From NCBI GenBank assembly GCA_963761335.1, contig CAVXGR010000005.1, forward strand, positions 352,001 to 416,000: a stretch of 64,000 bases of DNA, in the 5' to 3' direction. The notes beneath the pieces are model-generated. The model had not been told where the DNA came from. It did not search any database and saw only the letters and a list, made by a program, of their open reading frames with translations. The position numbers were made by a program, and so were the translations under genes. Of this stretch, positions 22,981-32,561 are shown piece after piece. Source of the stretch: an uncultured delta proteobacterium. Lineage in GTDB: Bacteria > Desulfobacterota > Binatia > HRBIN30 > BPIQ01. Every line of letters begins with the position of its first letter. The stretch's first letter is position 1.

Positions 22981-25155
22981 ATGGCCCGACGGGAGCAGTG
23001 GTTCTGGTGGGCACTCTTGGCGGCGGCGCTGGTGCTGTCCTCGATGGGCGACGCCCACTACGCTCCCCAAGCCGACTTCTATGGTGCGCTGCCCTGGTGG
23101 CTCGGAGCTCTGGCGGTGTTGCTGCTGGCAGCGTGGCTGGGGGACCGCGGGCGCGCCGGCGCGGGGGTTCGCCCGTGGCATCGCGCCGAGGTGATCGCCG
23201 TCGCCTCGGTGGCACTGGTCTCCGTGCTGCTGCGGGTGTGGCGCATCACCGCCTATCCGCCGTCGTGGGGATTCGCCTTCGAGGAGTTCCAGACGGGGGG
23301 CGATGCCTATCGGTTGCTGCGCGACGGCACCGTCGCCCTCGAGTTCCCGCTCACCAACAGTCTGCCGGCCCTGTCCTTCGCCCTGTTCGGCTTCTCCTCC
23401 TATGCTCTGCGCCTGCCCTTCATCCTCAGCAGCGCGCTGGCCCCCGTGTTTCTCTTTCTGGCGATGCGCCGTCTGGTGTCCTGGCCGGCCGCCTGGGGCT
23501 GCGCCATGATGCTCGCCGCGGCCCGCTGGCCCGCCGCCGCGGCCCGCTTTGCCGACGAGATCTTTTTCCCGATCGCGGTCGTGGCTCTGGGCCTGTGGCT
23601 GCTGGTTCGCGCGGTGCAGAGGCGCTCACAGCTCGACGCGTTCGCTCTGGCGCTGGTATCCGGCGAGCTCTTCTACGCCTACACCGGCTATCGGATCTTC
23701 CCGCTCATCGTCCTGGCCGGCAGCGGGCTCGCCGCAGTGATCGCCTGGCGCCGCGGCGCCGCTCCGGCCGGGGCTCTCCGCGTCTTCCCACTGGTGATTG
23801 CCATTTGGGCGGTGTTGCTCGGCCCTGGCGTGGCGAGCAGTGGGAGCTACGGCGCCTCGATGTTCTTCGAGGCGTTTCACCGCCACGCGGACGTGCGCCG
23901 CTACTCGGCCGCCGGCGACTCGTTGGGCGCGCGCCTTCACGCCGTCGTCGACTTCGCCCGCGAAGGCGCCGAGGTGTTCTACGCGAAGGGCGACGAGATC
24001 CCCAGCGCCAACATTCCCCTGGATCCGATGCTCGATCCGCTGACGGCAGCGCTGCTCGGCCTGTCGTTGCTGGCGGCGTTGTGGCGCTGGCGAGATCTCT
24101 GGCGCCTGTGGACCATGGGCGCCGTGGCCATTCCCTTCGCCGCGCTCTGCCTGGTGCCGACCAATCTGAACGTCTCTCGCTACTTCGTCCTGCTGCTGCC
24201 GATGTACGCCCTGCTCGGCTTCTTCTTCGACGAGGTGCTCGGCTGGCGCTTCCCGCTGCGGCGCTGGCTGACGCGCTTGCTCGTCGTGCTGGTCGCCATC
24301 GTGGCCGCGGTGAACATCGCCTGGCTCGGCCGCATGATGGCCAGTCCGGTGGTACGGGAGTCGTTCGCGGTGGCGGAGAACCTGGTGCTCGCGGAGGCGC
24401 ATCGGGTCCCGCCGGGGTCGCGCGTGGTGATGCTGACCACGGACGGCAGCAATGCCTTCGAGCCGTCGGACTACAGCTGGTACGTCGACGGTCGCATTGG
24501 CAGCCGGCCGCTGTCGCTCTCTCAAGCGCTCTCGGTCTCCGGGGACACAGGGCAGTCGATCTACTGGATCACCCAGGGCGACGCCGAGGCGGCGCTGCTG
24601 CCGAAGCTGGTGACTCTCGAATGCCCCGACGCTTCATCGCGTCTGATGCTCGCCCCCGATCCGAGTGCCGCGGTCGGAGTCGCCTCGATCGTCTGGCCCG
24701 ACCACTGCCGGCAGCCGCCGGCCGTGGGGCTTCGGGGCTCCTACACGGTGCAGGCGCCGTCGGGCGAGCAGAAAGACGTCGAGCAGCTGGATCCGGCGCT
24801 GATGGCGTACACCATCCCCTGGGTATGGGCCAGCGCCATCCAGGATCGGCAGCTGGCCGGCCTGACGGCGCAATGGCGGGGGGATCTGCTGCCCATGGGC
24901 GCCGGGGATTACGAGATCGAGCTGGCGCTGCGCGGCGCCACCGGCGATCTGCACGTCGGTGATGCCGTGGCGACCATCGACACGGCGGCGGAAGAGTGGC
25001 GGTCGACGCGGCTGCGCGTGCACCTCGACGCGCCGGCGCATTTGGCGGTCGGGCTGCGCGCCGTCCCCGGAATCCGCCCCGGCGTACGCCTCTTCTGGCG
25101 GCCGCCGGGCGGAGCCCGGCAGCTGGTGCCGCCGCAGTCCCTGCGTCCGTCCTGA
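22981..25155 (+). CDS. GT-C (ArnT/PMT-like) membrane glycosyltransferase with C-terminal PA14-like domain
   Basis: About 12 TM segments, FAFEE loop after an early helix, C-terminal GLRGSY...QWRGDL...GDYEI...RLFWRPPGG...VP. Confidence 0.65.
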   Translation: MARREQWFWWALLAAALVLSSMGDAHYAPQADFYGALPWWLGALAVLLLAAWLGDRGRAGAGVRPWHRAEVIAVASVALVSVLLRVWRITAYPPSWGFAFEEFQTGGDAYRLLRDGTVALEFPLTNSLPALSFALFGFSSYALRLPFILSSALAPVFLFLAMRRLVSWPAAWGCAMMLAAARWPAAAARFADEIFFPIAVVALGLWLLVRAVQRRSQLDAFALALVSGELFYAYTGYRIFPLIVLAGSGLAAVIAWRRGAAPAGALRVFPLVIAIWAVLLGPGVASSGSYGASMFFEAFHRHADVRRYSAAGDSLGARLHAVVDFAREGAEVFYAKGDEIPSANIPLDPMLDPLTAALLGLSLLAALWRWRDLWRLWTMGAVAIPFAALCLVPTNLNVSRYFVLLLPMYALLGFFFDEVLGWRFPLRRWLTRLLVVLVAIVAAVNIAWLGRMMASPVVRESFAVAENLVLAEAHRVPPGSRVVMLTTDGSNAFEPSDYSWYVDGRIGSRPLSLSQALSVSGDTGQSIYWITQGDAEAALLPKLVTLECPDASSRLMLAPDPSAAVGVASIVWPDHCRQPPAVGLRGSYTVQAPSGEQKDVEQLDPALMAYTIPWVWASAIQDRQLAGLTAQWRGDLLPMGAGDYEIELALRGATGDLHVGDAVATIDTAAEEWRSTRLRVHLDAPAHLAVGLRAVPGIRPGVRLFWRPPGGARQLVPPQSLRPS

Positions 25156-25250
25156 TCGCCGCCTCGTCACCACGCCTGGTCACCAGGCTGGTCACCAGGC
25201 TTGTGGCGCCCGGACTTGCCGGGGTAGGATAGCTGTTGAGTGGATCCCGG

Positions 25251-25472
25251 ATGAAAACAACCCTGCGCGTGGCCGCCGGTTTCGCGCTCATCGCCTTCGG
25301 CATAGCCGGCCTCGTGCTGCCTGTAATCCCTGGGATTCCGCTGCTGATCGCCGGCCTTGCCGTGCTCGGTCCGCAGCATCCGCTGACCCGCTCGCTGTCC
25401 GAGCGCCTCGACCGCTGGCGCCGCAAGCAGAGGGGCGGCGAGTCCGACGGCCGGCAGTCGCTACCCGATTAG
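25251..25472 (+). CDS. Small membrane protein (PGPGW-like)
   Basis: GIAGLVLPVIPGIPLLIAGLAVL. Confidence 0.7.
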   Translation: MKTTLRVAAGFALIAFGIAGLVLPVIPGIPLLIAGLAVLGPQHPLTRSLSERLDRWRRKQRGGESDGRQSLPD

Positions 25473-25495
25473 AGCCGAGACGCCGACCTCGATCA

Positions 25496-25650
25496 TTTCC
25501 CGTTCTCATTCCCGGTTCTCATCCCGTCGTTTTCCATTCGCTCTGACAGGTGCGGGGTATTGCCCGACCCCCGCTGATTTACACGCGGCGCTCAGAACAA
25601 TGGAAAACGACGGGATGAGAACCGGGAATGAGAACCGAGAATGAGAAGGG
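25496..25650. repeat. Long inverted-repeat element, copy 2
   Basis: Arms are reverse complements of those at 2783-2947; the centre differs. Confidence 0.8.
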
Positions 25651-25678
25651 CGAACGAGATGCGGCGATCCCGATCCTC

Positions 25679-26650
25679 TCAGAAGCGGTCGGAGGTCCAG
25701 TACACGGAACCGTCGTACGGCAGCAGCCGGTCGATGAATTCCGGATGGCGGACCTCGTCGACGCCGACGCCGAGCTTGCCGGCGAGCTGCTCGGTGTTGA
25801 TGAGCCGCCACATGCTGAACACGTCTTCGACGTCGTTCACGGGCAGACCGCGCTGCTGCAGGGCGGCGCCGACCTCGGGGTGGGCGCCGAGGTGGAAGAC
25901 CATGAACCCTCCCGCCCGCGCCCTCTCGCCCAGGGCGAGGAGGACGTCGGCGAGTGCCTCTTCCTCTCCATCGAGTGCTCCGTGCTCCATCACCATCCAC
26001 ACGTCGTACAGCGAGATCAGGCGCGCGTAGGCGACCACCTCGCCGCGGCGCTCGGTCAGCAGAAAGACCTCCGCCGGATTGCCGGCGTAGCGCAGCTGCC
26101 CCTGCCAGTAGGTGCGATCGCGCACGACGGCGCCGTTGCGGCCGCGGTTGTAGGCGTCGTAGATGCGCATCACCGCGTCCAGATCTCGCTCGGGTTCGAA
26201 GGGACGCACCGTCAGCTGCGGCTCCGGTAGCTCCGCAGCAAGAGCCAGGGCGCCCAAGCGGCGGCGATGGGCCTGCCAGCCGAACTGGCTGTAGAACGTC
26301 AGCCGGCTGGCGAACAGCAGCGACAGGTCGAAGCCGTCCTGCTCCATGATCTCGATGGCGCGCCGCAACACCGTCGAAGCGATGCCGCGACCTCGATAGG
26401 CGTCGGTGGTGAAGACGTTGCCGAGGCCGCCGACGCGGAGGCGAACCTCGCCCACGGCGATCTCCTTCGGGAATACCTGCAGCGTGCTCACCAGGCGGCC
26501 GTCATCGGTGGCCACCAGGCATAGGTCGTCGCGAAACGCCGGGTCGTGGTCGAAGTAGCGCTTGAAGAAGTCGCGATCGCCCAACCATTCGCGGAGAAGA
26601 TCGAGCACTGCATCGCGCTCGTGTCGCTCGATGGTGCGCACCGTGATCAT
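25679..26650 (-). CDS. GNAT family acetyltransferase (Eis-like)
   Basis: GGLGNVFTTDAYRGRGIAS motif A, FYSQFGW; the N-terminal extension in the ORF track runs through repeats. Confidence 0.85.
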   Translation of the reverse strand: MITVRTIERHERDAVLDLLREWLGDRDFFKRYFDHDPAFRDDLCLVATDDGRLVSTLQVFPKEIAVGEVRLRVGGLGNVFTTDAYRGRGIASTVLRRAIEIMEQDGFDLSLLFASRLTFYSQFGWQAHRRRLGALALAAELPEPQLTVRPFEPERDLDAVMRIYDAYNRGRNGAVVRDRTYWQGQLRYAGNPAEVFLLTERRGEVVAYARLISLYDVWMVMEHGALDGEEEALADVLLALGERARAGGFMVFHLGAHPEVGAALQQRGLPVNDVEDVFSMWRLINTEQLAGKLGVGVDEVRHPEFIDRLLPYDGSVYWTSDRF

Positions 26651-26691
26651 GCCTCTTCTTGCCACAGCCCGCCGGCGCAGGTCCATCGGGG

Positions 26692-26768
26692 GGGGACTGG
26701 CTCCTTTTCGGCGCACGCTGCGCGTCGTTGGAGAATCTGTCGTTCGCCGCCGAAAGGTGCCTGTCCCC
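26692..26768. repeat. Uninterrupted GGGGAC-type REP pair
   Basis: GGGGACTGGCTCCTTTTCGGCG ... CGCCGAAAGGTGCCTGTCCCC. Confidence 0.7.
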
Positions 26769-26849
26769 GATGCTCGCCCCGCGGGGACAGGCAACTCTTG
26801 CGGGCGAGAACGCTGCCCTCTTCCGACCTCGAAGGGCAAAGGTAGCCTG

Positions 26850-27309
26850 CCTCGAAGATGTCTTGGGTGAAGGCTGGCGGAGCGCACCGGCGCTGGCGTG
26901 GAGGCTTCGCCCCGGAGGGGCGCAGGCATGTGTGGAGGCTTATCGCCCCGGAGGGGCGCAGGCATGTAGCCCCGGGTGTTAACCCGGGGACCGCGTTCCG
27001 ATTGGCCCAGATCAGCGCCCCGCAGGGGCGCAGGCGTAGAGGCCGCGTGAATCACCTCGATGAGCTTCCCACGCACCCAGCGGTGATCATCGGCGTACAG
27101 GCGTGACATCGACGAAAACTTGCCCGCGCCCCTGGCGGGGCGCCTATGACGGAGCGCGCATTTTTCCCCGGGTTTCACCCGGGGCTACACGCCACCGCCC
27201 CTCCGGGGCGAACTTCAGCCGGGCGAGGACCTCCAAGTCTCTTGCCGGCGCAGATCCCCGGGCTCATCTTCATCGTCTGCTGGTGAGCCGCAAGGCTCAT
27301 GACGCACTG
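26850..27309 (+). mobile_element. REP-targeting cassette, cargo type 1 variant (460 bp, internal ~34-bp duplication)
   Basis: AAAGGTAGCCTG|CCTCGAAGATG ... CATCTTCATCG...GGCTCATGACGCA|CTGTCCCC. Confidence 0.8.
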
Positions 27310-27395
27310 TCCCCGATGCTCGCCCCGCGGGGACAGGCAACTTTTGCGGGCGAGAACGCTAGCCTCTTCCGACCTCGAAGGGCAAAAGTAGCCTG

Positions 27396-27855
27396 CCTCG
27401 AAGATGTCTTGGGTGAAGGCTGGCGGAGCGCACCGGCGCTGGCGTGGAGGCTTCGCCCCGGAGGGGCGCAGGCATGTGTGGAGGCTTATCGCCCCGGAGG
27501 GGCGCAGGCATGTAGCCCCGGGTGTTAACCCGGGGACCGCGTTCCGATTGGCCCAGATCAGCGCCCCGCAGGGGCGCAGGCGTAGAGGCCGCGTGAATCA
27601 CCTCGATGAGCTTCCCACGCACCCAGCGGTGAGCATCGGCGTACAGGCGTGACATCGACGAAAACTTGCCCGCGCCCCTGGCGGGGCGCCTATGACGGAG
27701 CGCGCATTTTTCCCGGGGTTGCCCCCGGGGCTACACGCCACCGCCCCTCCGGGGCGAACTTCAGCCGGGCGAGGACCTCCAAGTCTCTTGCCGGCGTAGA
27801 TCCCCGGGCTCATCTTCATCGTCTGCTGGTGAGCCGCAAGGCTCATGACGCACTG
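27396..27855 (+). mobile_element. REP-targeting cassette, cargo type 1 variant (460 bp)
   Basis: Near-identical to 26850-27309. Confidence 0.8.
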
Positions 27856-27958
27856 TCCCCGATGCTCGCCCCGCGGGAACAGGCAACTTTTGCGGGCGAG
27901 AACGCTGCCCTCTTCCGACCTCGAAGGGCAAAAGTAGCTTGTCCCCGGACACCCCCGC

Positions 27959-28990
27959 TCAGGTGGCGATGGCGTAGGCGCTTCGGGTGCGCGAGTTGGC
28001 CAGCAGATCGGCGTAGCGGTCGCGGTCGTGCAGGATCTCGATCAGGCCGCGCATGACGCACATGAGCGGCTCCTCACTGACGCGTACCCGCAGCCCCATC
28101 GCCTCGTAGAGCCGCTGCGACCAGCCGCGCAGGAGGGCGCCGCCGCCCACCATGGCGGCGCCGTCCGTGAAGACGTCACTGGCGAGCTCGGGGGAGAGGT
28201 TCTCGACACAGCGGCGCACGGCGTCGGTGATCTGCCGCGCCGCGGGCTCCAGGGCTTCACCAATCTCGGCGGCGCGCACCACGAAGCGCTGCGGCTTGCG
28301 GGTCCGCTGATTCATTCCCTTGACCTCGAAGGTCCCATCCCCCTCGCCGTATACCGAGCCGTAGCGGATCTTGATCTGCTCCGCCGTGTTCTCGCCGATG
28401 GAGAAGGCGTAGCGGGTGCGAAAGAAAGCTTGCACCAGCTGGTCCATGGCGTTGCCGGCAATGCGCAGCGACTCGCAGTAGACCACGTCGTTGAGCGCCA
28501 GCGAGGTGACCTCGGTGGTGCCGCCGCCGATGTCGATGACCAGGTTGCCGCGCGCCTCCTGGATGGGCAGCCCGGCTCCGAGCGCGGCAGCGAAAGGCTC
28601 CTTCACCAGGTCGACGCGATCGCCGCCGGCGGCCTCCGCCTCGCGCACCAGGGCATCCATCTCGACTCCCGTGGCGCCGAGGGGAACGCAGACGATGACG
28701 GCCTTGCGGCTCAGGTAGTGATGGCGCGAGGCCTCGCGGATGAAGTGGGCGAGGAGGGCGCGGGCGGCATCGAAATTGGCGATGACTCCGTCGCTCAGAG
28801 GCCGAATCACCTCGATGAACTCCGGAGCGCGGCCGAGCATGGTCCGCGCCCGTTCGCCGAAAGCGATCGCTTCGCCGGTCGAGCGCTTGATGGCGACCGC
28901 CGACGGCTCGCGCAGCAGGATTCCCTTTTCCTGAGTGTAGACCAGTGAGTAGGTGGTGCCGAGATCGATGGCGATCTTGTGCCAGAACAT
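27959..28990 (-). CDS. mreB: MreB/Mbl family actin-like ATPase (orphan paralog)
   Basis: IAIDLGT, EPSAVA, IRPLSDGVIANF, EPFAAALGAGL, DIGGGTTE, GGGALL. Confidence 0.9.
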   Translation of the reverse strand: MFWHKIAIDLGTTYSLVYTQEKGILLREPSAVAIKRSTGEAIAFGERARTMLGRAPEFIEVIRPLSDGVIANFDAARALLAHFIREASRHHYLSRKAVIVCVPLGATGVEMDALVREAEAAGGDRVDLVKEPFAAALGAGLPIQEARGNLVIDIGGGTTEVTSLALNDVVYCESLRIAGNAMDQLVQAFFRTRYAFSIGENTAEQIKIRYGSVYGEGDGTFEVKGMNQRTRKPQRFVVRAAEIGEALEPAARQITDAVRRCVENLSPELASDVFTDGAAMVGGGALLRGWSQRLYEAMGLRVRVSEEPLMCVMRGLIEILHDRDRYADLLANSRTRSAYAIAT

Positions 28991-29036
28991 GGAAGAATGG
29001 TGTATGTCATCGGCGTTCGTGGCGAGCAACACGCAA

Positions 29037-30140
29037 ATGGCGACTGCGATCGCGGATTTGGCGCTGGAGCGTGCCTGGCCGGGCATCGGCGCGCACCTGC
29101 CCTGGGCGACGTGCTCCGAGCTGCCGACGGCGGTCGAGTCGCTGGCGCGCCTCGGGCGCCATCTCGGCGTCGAGCGCCTGTGGATCAAGCGCGATGATCG
29201 CAGCGGCTCGCTGTACGGCGGCAACAAGCCGCGCAAGCTCGACCTGCTGCTCGGCGCGGCGCTGGCGCGCGGCTGCAAGACCGTCGTCACCGCGGGCGGT
29301 ATCGGCACCAATCACGGGCTGGCCACGGCGATCTACGCGCGACGCCACGGTCTGCGCACCATCCTCCTTCTTCTGTACCAGCCGGTGACCGAGAAGGTGC
29401 GGCGCAACCTGCTCCTCTGCCATGCCTGCGGGGCCGACATCCGCTACGGGCGGACGATGCCGCCGCTCGTCGCCCGAGGGCTGCGGGCCTATCTCGGCGA
29501 GCTTTCCGGCGGCCTGCCGTATGTCATTCCGACCGGCGGCACGACGCCACTCAGCCTGATCGCCTACGTGAACGCCGCTTTCGAGCTGCGCCACCAGATC
29601 GAGGCGGGCATGCTGCCGGTCCCGGATTGGATCTTCGTGCCGGTGGGCAGTGGCGGCACCTTCGCCGGCCTGGTGCTCGGTTGCAAGCTGGCGGGGCTGC
29701 CGACGCGGGTGGCGGGCGTGCTGGTGACCGATATCCTGCCGCCGACGGCGGCGCGCGTGGTGCGTCTGGCGGCGAAGTGCCATGGGCTGCTGCGCGGCTG
29801 CTCGCCGCTGGTTCCCGACGTCCGGGTGTCGCTGGAGGACGTCCACATCGTCTCCGGCTTCGTCGGCGCCGGATACGGCGCCCCGACCGAGGAGGCACGC
29901 GCCGCCCGCGAGGAGATGCGCGAGCTCGAGGGCATCGAGTTGGAGACCGTCTACACCGGCAAGTGTCTCGCCGCCCTGCGGAGCCTGGCGCCGCAGCGCG
30001 AGTATCGCGACGCCAACATCCTCTACTGGAACACCTACAGCTCCGTCGATCCGCAGATCGCCATCGGTCCGTTGCCGGATTATCACGAGCTGCCGCGCCC
30101 TCTGTGGCCGCTGTTCGAGGAACCGGTGGTGCCGGACTGA
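29037..30140 (+). CDS. PLP enzyme, ACC deaminase / D-cysteine desulfhydrase family
   Basis: LWIKRDD...YGGNKPRKL, TNHG, VGSGGT, LETVYTGK. Confidence 0.88.
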   Translation: MATAIADLALERAWPGIGAHLPWATCSELPTAVESLARLGRHLGVERLWIKRDDRSGSLYGGNKPRKLDLLLGAALARGCKTVVTAGGIGTNHGLATAIYARRHGLRTILLLLYQPVTEKVRRNLLLCHACGADIRYGRTMPPLVARGLRAYLGELSGGLPYVIPTGGTTPLSLIAYVNAAFELRHQIEAGMLPVPDWIFVPVGSGGTFAGLVLGCKLAGLPTRVAGVLVTDILPPTAARVVRLAAKCHGLLRGCSPLVPDVRVSLEDVHIVSGFVGAGYGAPTEEARAAREEMRELEGIELETVYTGKCLAALRSLAPQREYRDANILYWNTYSSVDPQIAIGPLPDYHELPRPLWPLFEEPVVPD

Positions 30141-30224
30141 TTGCCGGCATCGGCACAGCGGCGACCACGAGCGATGCACCCATTGACAACGACTGCCCGT
30201 CGATTTTCACGGCGCTGCGGGCGC

Positions 30225-30279
30225 GGGTCCCCTCACCTTGGTCCTCTCCCCGCGAAAAGAATGCGGGGAGAGGAGACCC
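30225..30279. repeat. CCCTCACC...CTCTCCC/GGGAGAGG hairpin REP
   Basis: CCCCTCACCTTGGTCCTCTCCCCGC-GAAAAGAAT-GCGGGGAGAGGA; same family as cassette cargo 2. Confidence 0.75.
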
Positions 30280-30389
30280 TTGCGCGAGGCGGGCGGGAGA
30301 TAATTGCAGAGTCGGACCGGCAAACTAGGACAGTGCCCACGAGCGGCGTCTCCTTCACTTTTCCTACCCTCTGGTGCTACCTCTCCGGC

Positions 30390-30956
30390 ATGGGTGCGGT
30401 TCCGACGTTGACGCGGCGCGGCTTCCTGCGGGCCACGACCTTCTCGGCGGCGATGCTGGCGGTGTCGCGACTGCGGCCGAATGCCGTCGCGGCCGCGGAC
30501 GCGGCGGAGGCGCCCGGAGAGCTGCGCGTCCTCTCGGCGCGCCAGGCAGAGATTCTCACCGCCATCGGCGCGCGCATCGCCGCCACCGGTGAGCCCTCGA
30601 TGCCGGAGTTTGGCGACACCCCGGCGATCGCCACCATCGATCGCACCCTTCTCTACCTCCCGGCCGACATCCGCGATCAGTTCGGCTGGGCCCTGCTGCT
30701 CTTCGACTATGGACCGTTCGTCTTCGATCTCCGCTTCAGCCGCTTCACTGCGCTCGGGCCGGAGGAGCGCGACGCCAGCATCCGCGGCTGGGCCGGCAGC
30801 CGTTTCGAGACCCGGCGGCTGGTGTACCGGGCCATGAAGAACATGTCGTTCCTCGGCTACTACTCCCAGGACGCCACCTGGGCGGGGATCCACTACGGCG
30901 GTCCGTGGCTGCCGCGGCCGCGCCGCGAGCCGCCGCCGGAGGACAAGATCGGATGA
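30390..30956 (+). CDS. Tat-signal protein, gluconate 2-dehydrogenase subunit 3-like
   Basis: LTRRGFL twin-arginine motif; GYYSQ...IHYGGP; ATGA overlap with the GMC gene. Confidence 0.75.
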   Translation: MGAVPTLTRRGFLRATTFSAAMLAVSRLRPNAVAAADAAEAPGELRVLSARQAEILTAIGARIAATGEPSMPEFGDTPAIATIDRTLLYLPADIRDQFGWALLLFDYGPFVFDLRFSRFTALGPEERDASIRGWAGSRFETRRLVYRAMKNMSFLGYYSQDATWAGIHYGGPWLPRPRREPPPEDKIG

Positions 30957-32485
30957 TCACCAAGGGCAGCGAGGTGAAATCCGACCTGCGCCTGAGCCCC
31001 GAGATATGCGTCATCGGCTCGGGGGCCGGCGGCGCCGTGGTCGCCAAGGAGCTCGCCGAGGCCGGGCGCGAGGTCGTCCTGCTGGAGCAGGGGGGCCACT
31101 ACACGCGCGAGGACTTCACCCAGCGCGAGGACGAGATGATGCCGCTGCTCTACGAGGACATGGGGCAGCGAGCCACCGTCGACCAGTCCGTGCTGATCCT
31201 CCAGGGGCGGAACATCGGCGGCTCGACGGTGCACAACCTCTGCTACTGCTTTCGCACGCCGGCGCCCATCTTGGAGAAGTGGCGGCGCGAGGACGGCCTC
31301 CGCGACATGAGCTACGCGGACATGGTGCCGTCGTTCGAGCGGGTGGAGCGCATGCTCAAGGTGAAGCCGATCCAGCCGCACGAGGTCAACGCCCTCAACA
31401 ACAAGATCCGCGAAGGCTGCGAGAAGCTCGGCTACCACGGCCTGGTGACCAATCACAACCGCGAGAACTGCACGCTCTCCGGCTTCTGTCTTCTCGGCTG
31501 TCCGTTCGACGCCAAGCAGAGCATGCTCATTACCTATGTGCCCGCGGCCGACCGCGCCGGAGCGCGCATCTACGCCAACTGTCCCGTGCGCCGCCTGGTC
31601 GCCGAAGCGGGGCGGGTGCGCCGCATCGAGGCGGAGGTCGTCGACGCTCTCGGCCGCCCGCGACACCGCCTCGTCGTCGAGCCGCAGGTCGTGGTTCTCT
31701 CCGCGGGAGCGATCAACTCGCCGCAGATCCTGCTGTCCAGCGGCATCGCCAACAGCAGCGGCCAGGTCGGGCGCAACCTGCACCTGCATCCGAGCGTGGT
31801 TCTCTCCGGCGTCTACGACGAGGACATCTACGGCTATCGCGGCATCCCGCAGAGCTACTACGTCGACGAGTTCATCGACCTGGAGAAGGATCCCGACAGC
31901 GGCTACATCATCATGCCGGTCTACGGGTTCCCGGTGGCCACCGCCACCATGCTGCCGTCATTCGGCGCCGATCATTTCCAGCTGATGAAGAGCTTTCACC
32001 GCATGGTCGGCATCCTGGTGCTCATGCACGACCAGTCGAGCGGCGAGGTCCGCCTCGACCGACACGGTCGCCCCGAGATCCGCTACCGCGTCGAGCCGCG
32101 CGAGAAGAAGCTCTTCCTCGAGGGCATGGCGCACTGCGCCGAGATTCTCTTTGCCAGCGGCGCCCGTGAGGTGATCATTCCCTACGAGCCGGGGCTGCGC
32201 CTCAAGCCGGGCGACGATCTCGGCGCCATCGCCGCTCGCGGACTCGAGCCCAATCAGATCCAGCTGGCCTCCACACACCCGCAGAGCACCTGCCGGATGG
32301 GCGAGAATCCGCGGCGCTCGGTGGTCAGCTCCTACTGCCAGTCGCACGACCTGAAGAACCTGTTCATCTGCGACATGGGCGTGTTTCCGTCCTCGCTCGG
32401 CGCCCCGCCGCAGATCTCCACCGCCGCCATCGCCGACCGCACGGCGCGCTACATCGCCGCCAACTGGAGCTCGCTCGCGGGGTGA
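30953..32485 (+). CDS. GMC family FAD oxidoreductase
   Basis: VIGSGAGG, IGGSTVHN, CTLSGFCLLGC, VGRNLHLHP, HPQSTCRMG. Confidence 0.92.
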   Translation: MITKGSEVKSDLRLSPEICVIGSGAGGAVVAKELAEAGREVVLLEQGGHYTREDFTQREDEMMPLLYEDMGQRATVDQSVLILQGRNIGGSTVHNLCYCFRTPAPILEKWRREDGLRDMSYADMVPSFERVERMLKVKPIQPHEVNALNNKIREGCEKLGYHGLVTNHNRENCTLSGFCLLGCPFDAKQSMLITYVPAADRAGARIYANCPVRRLVAEAGRVRRIEAEVVDALGRPRHRLVVEPQVVVLSAGAINSPQILLSSGIANSSGQVGRNLHLHPSVVLSGVYDEDIYGYRGIPQSYYVDEFIDLEKDPDSGYIIMPVYGFPVATATMLPSFGADHFQLMKSFHRMVGILVLMHDQSSGEVRLDRHGRPEIRYRVEPREKKLFLEGMAHCAEILFASGAREVIIPYEPGLRLKPGDDLGAIAARGLEPNQIQLASTHPQSTCRMGENPRRSVVSSYCQSHDLKNLFICDMGVFPSSLGAPPQISTAAIADRTARYIAANWSSLAG

Positions 32486-32561
32486 CGAGGTGTTGAGGTA
32501 AGAAAAGAACCTCCCAACACCTCAACACCCAACACCTCGTTTCTCTCACCCAACACCTCGT
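32485..32561. repeat. Inverted 7-8-mer array (GGTGTTGA / CCAACACC)
   Basis: ACGAGGTGTTGAGG ... CCCAACACCTCAACACCCAACACCTCGT between convergent genes. Confidence 0.7.

Larger units (their letters stand above)
26761..27946 (+). repeat. Tandem array with 546-bp period: two REP-pair + cassette units followed by an empty REP pair
   Basis: CTGTCCCCGATGCTCGCCCCGC recurs at 26761, 27307 and 27853. Confidence 0.9.

Noticed and set aside
25176..25201. CTGGTCACCAGG duplicated palindrome as an operator
   Set aside because: Two short copies in GC-rich DNA with no second occurrence seen; insufficient support.
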